A stretch of DNA of 50,828 nucleotides, counting the filler, from Sphacelaria rigidula (taxonomy: Eukaryota), in NCBI GenBank assembly GCA_964200075.2. It is 3 parts of 3 records of this genome, joined end to end, with 100 filler letters (N's around TTAATTAATTAA, not from the genome) between each part and the next. Parts side by side here need not be neighbours in the genome. Positions count along the whole stretch, not along the records: positions 33,956 to 50,828 come from CAXNAA020001230.1; 2 more parts are not named here. One strand, written 5' to 3'. The notes under the pieces are model-generated. The model had not been told where the DNA came from, searched no databases, and saw nothing but the letters and a program-made list of their open reading frames with translations. Positions 50,763 through 50,828 of the stretch are shown piece by piece. The position numbers and the translations under genes were made by a program. Position 1 is the stretch's first letter, and the number at the start of each line of letters is the position of its first letter.

Positions 50763-50828
50763 CAAGGGTCGGACAAATAATGATTCGTCTGGAAATTACT
50801 TCGTTTTGGTATAATGAGTCGACGCGTG
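50763..50828 (+). mobile_element. Second copy of the CAAGGGTCGG terminus at the other end of contig 3
   Basis: CAAGGGTCGGACAAATAATGATTCGTCTGGAAATTACTT is shared exactly with the minus strand of 34082-34120. Confidence 0.65.

Noticed and set aside
1..50828. Fanzor/TnpB, tyrosine recombinase or viral core genes
   Set aside because: No RuvC, recombinase, capsid or polymerase motifs were recognised in the ORF track; highly decayed copies could have been missed.

Overview
Eukaryotic nuclear DNA, most likely from a brown alga (inferred from the intron-dense genes, splice-site style and repeat types; not verified). The window is an artificial concatenation of three contigs of 16879, 16876 and 16873 bp (1-16879, 16980-33855, 33956-50828). 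They are joined by 100-nt N/TTAATTAATTAA/N linkers, so neighbourhood across the linkers has no biological meaning. Contig 1 is repeat-rich: a decayed spliced orphan gene, a ~183-bp tandem array, an IS630/Tc1/mariner-type transposase relic, a Gln-rich/acidic ORF and a 42/84-bp minisatellite. Contig 2 holds a chromodomain Ty3/Gypsy LTR element with both LTRs but no RT core, nested in the protease of an older Gypsy, plus the last eight exons of an RNF213/mysterin-like gene on the minus strand. Contig 3 holds 15 exons of a eukaryotic-type glycyl-tRNA synthetase with a WHEP domain (minus strand; start codon not located) and many MITEs/SINE fragments. No CRISPR array, rRNA or intact tRNA gene was found. 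All protein family calls come from motif recognition by eye; no database search was run.
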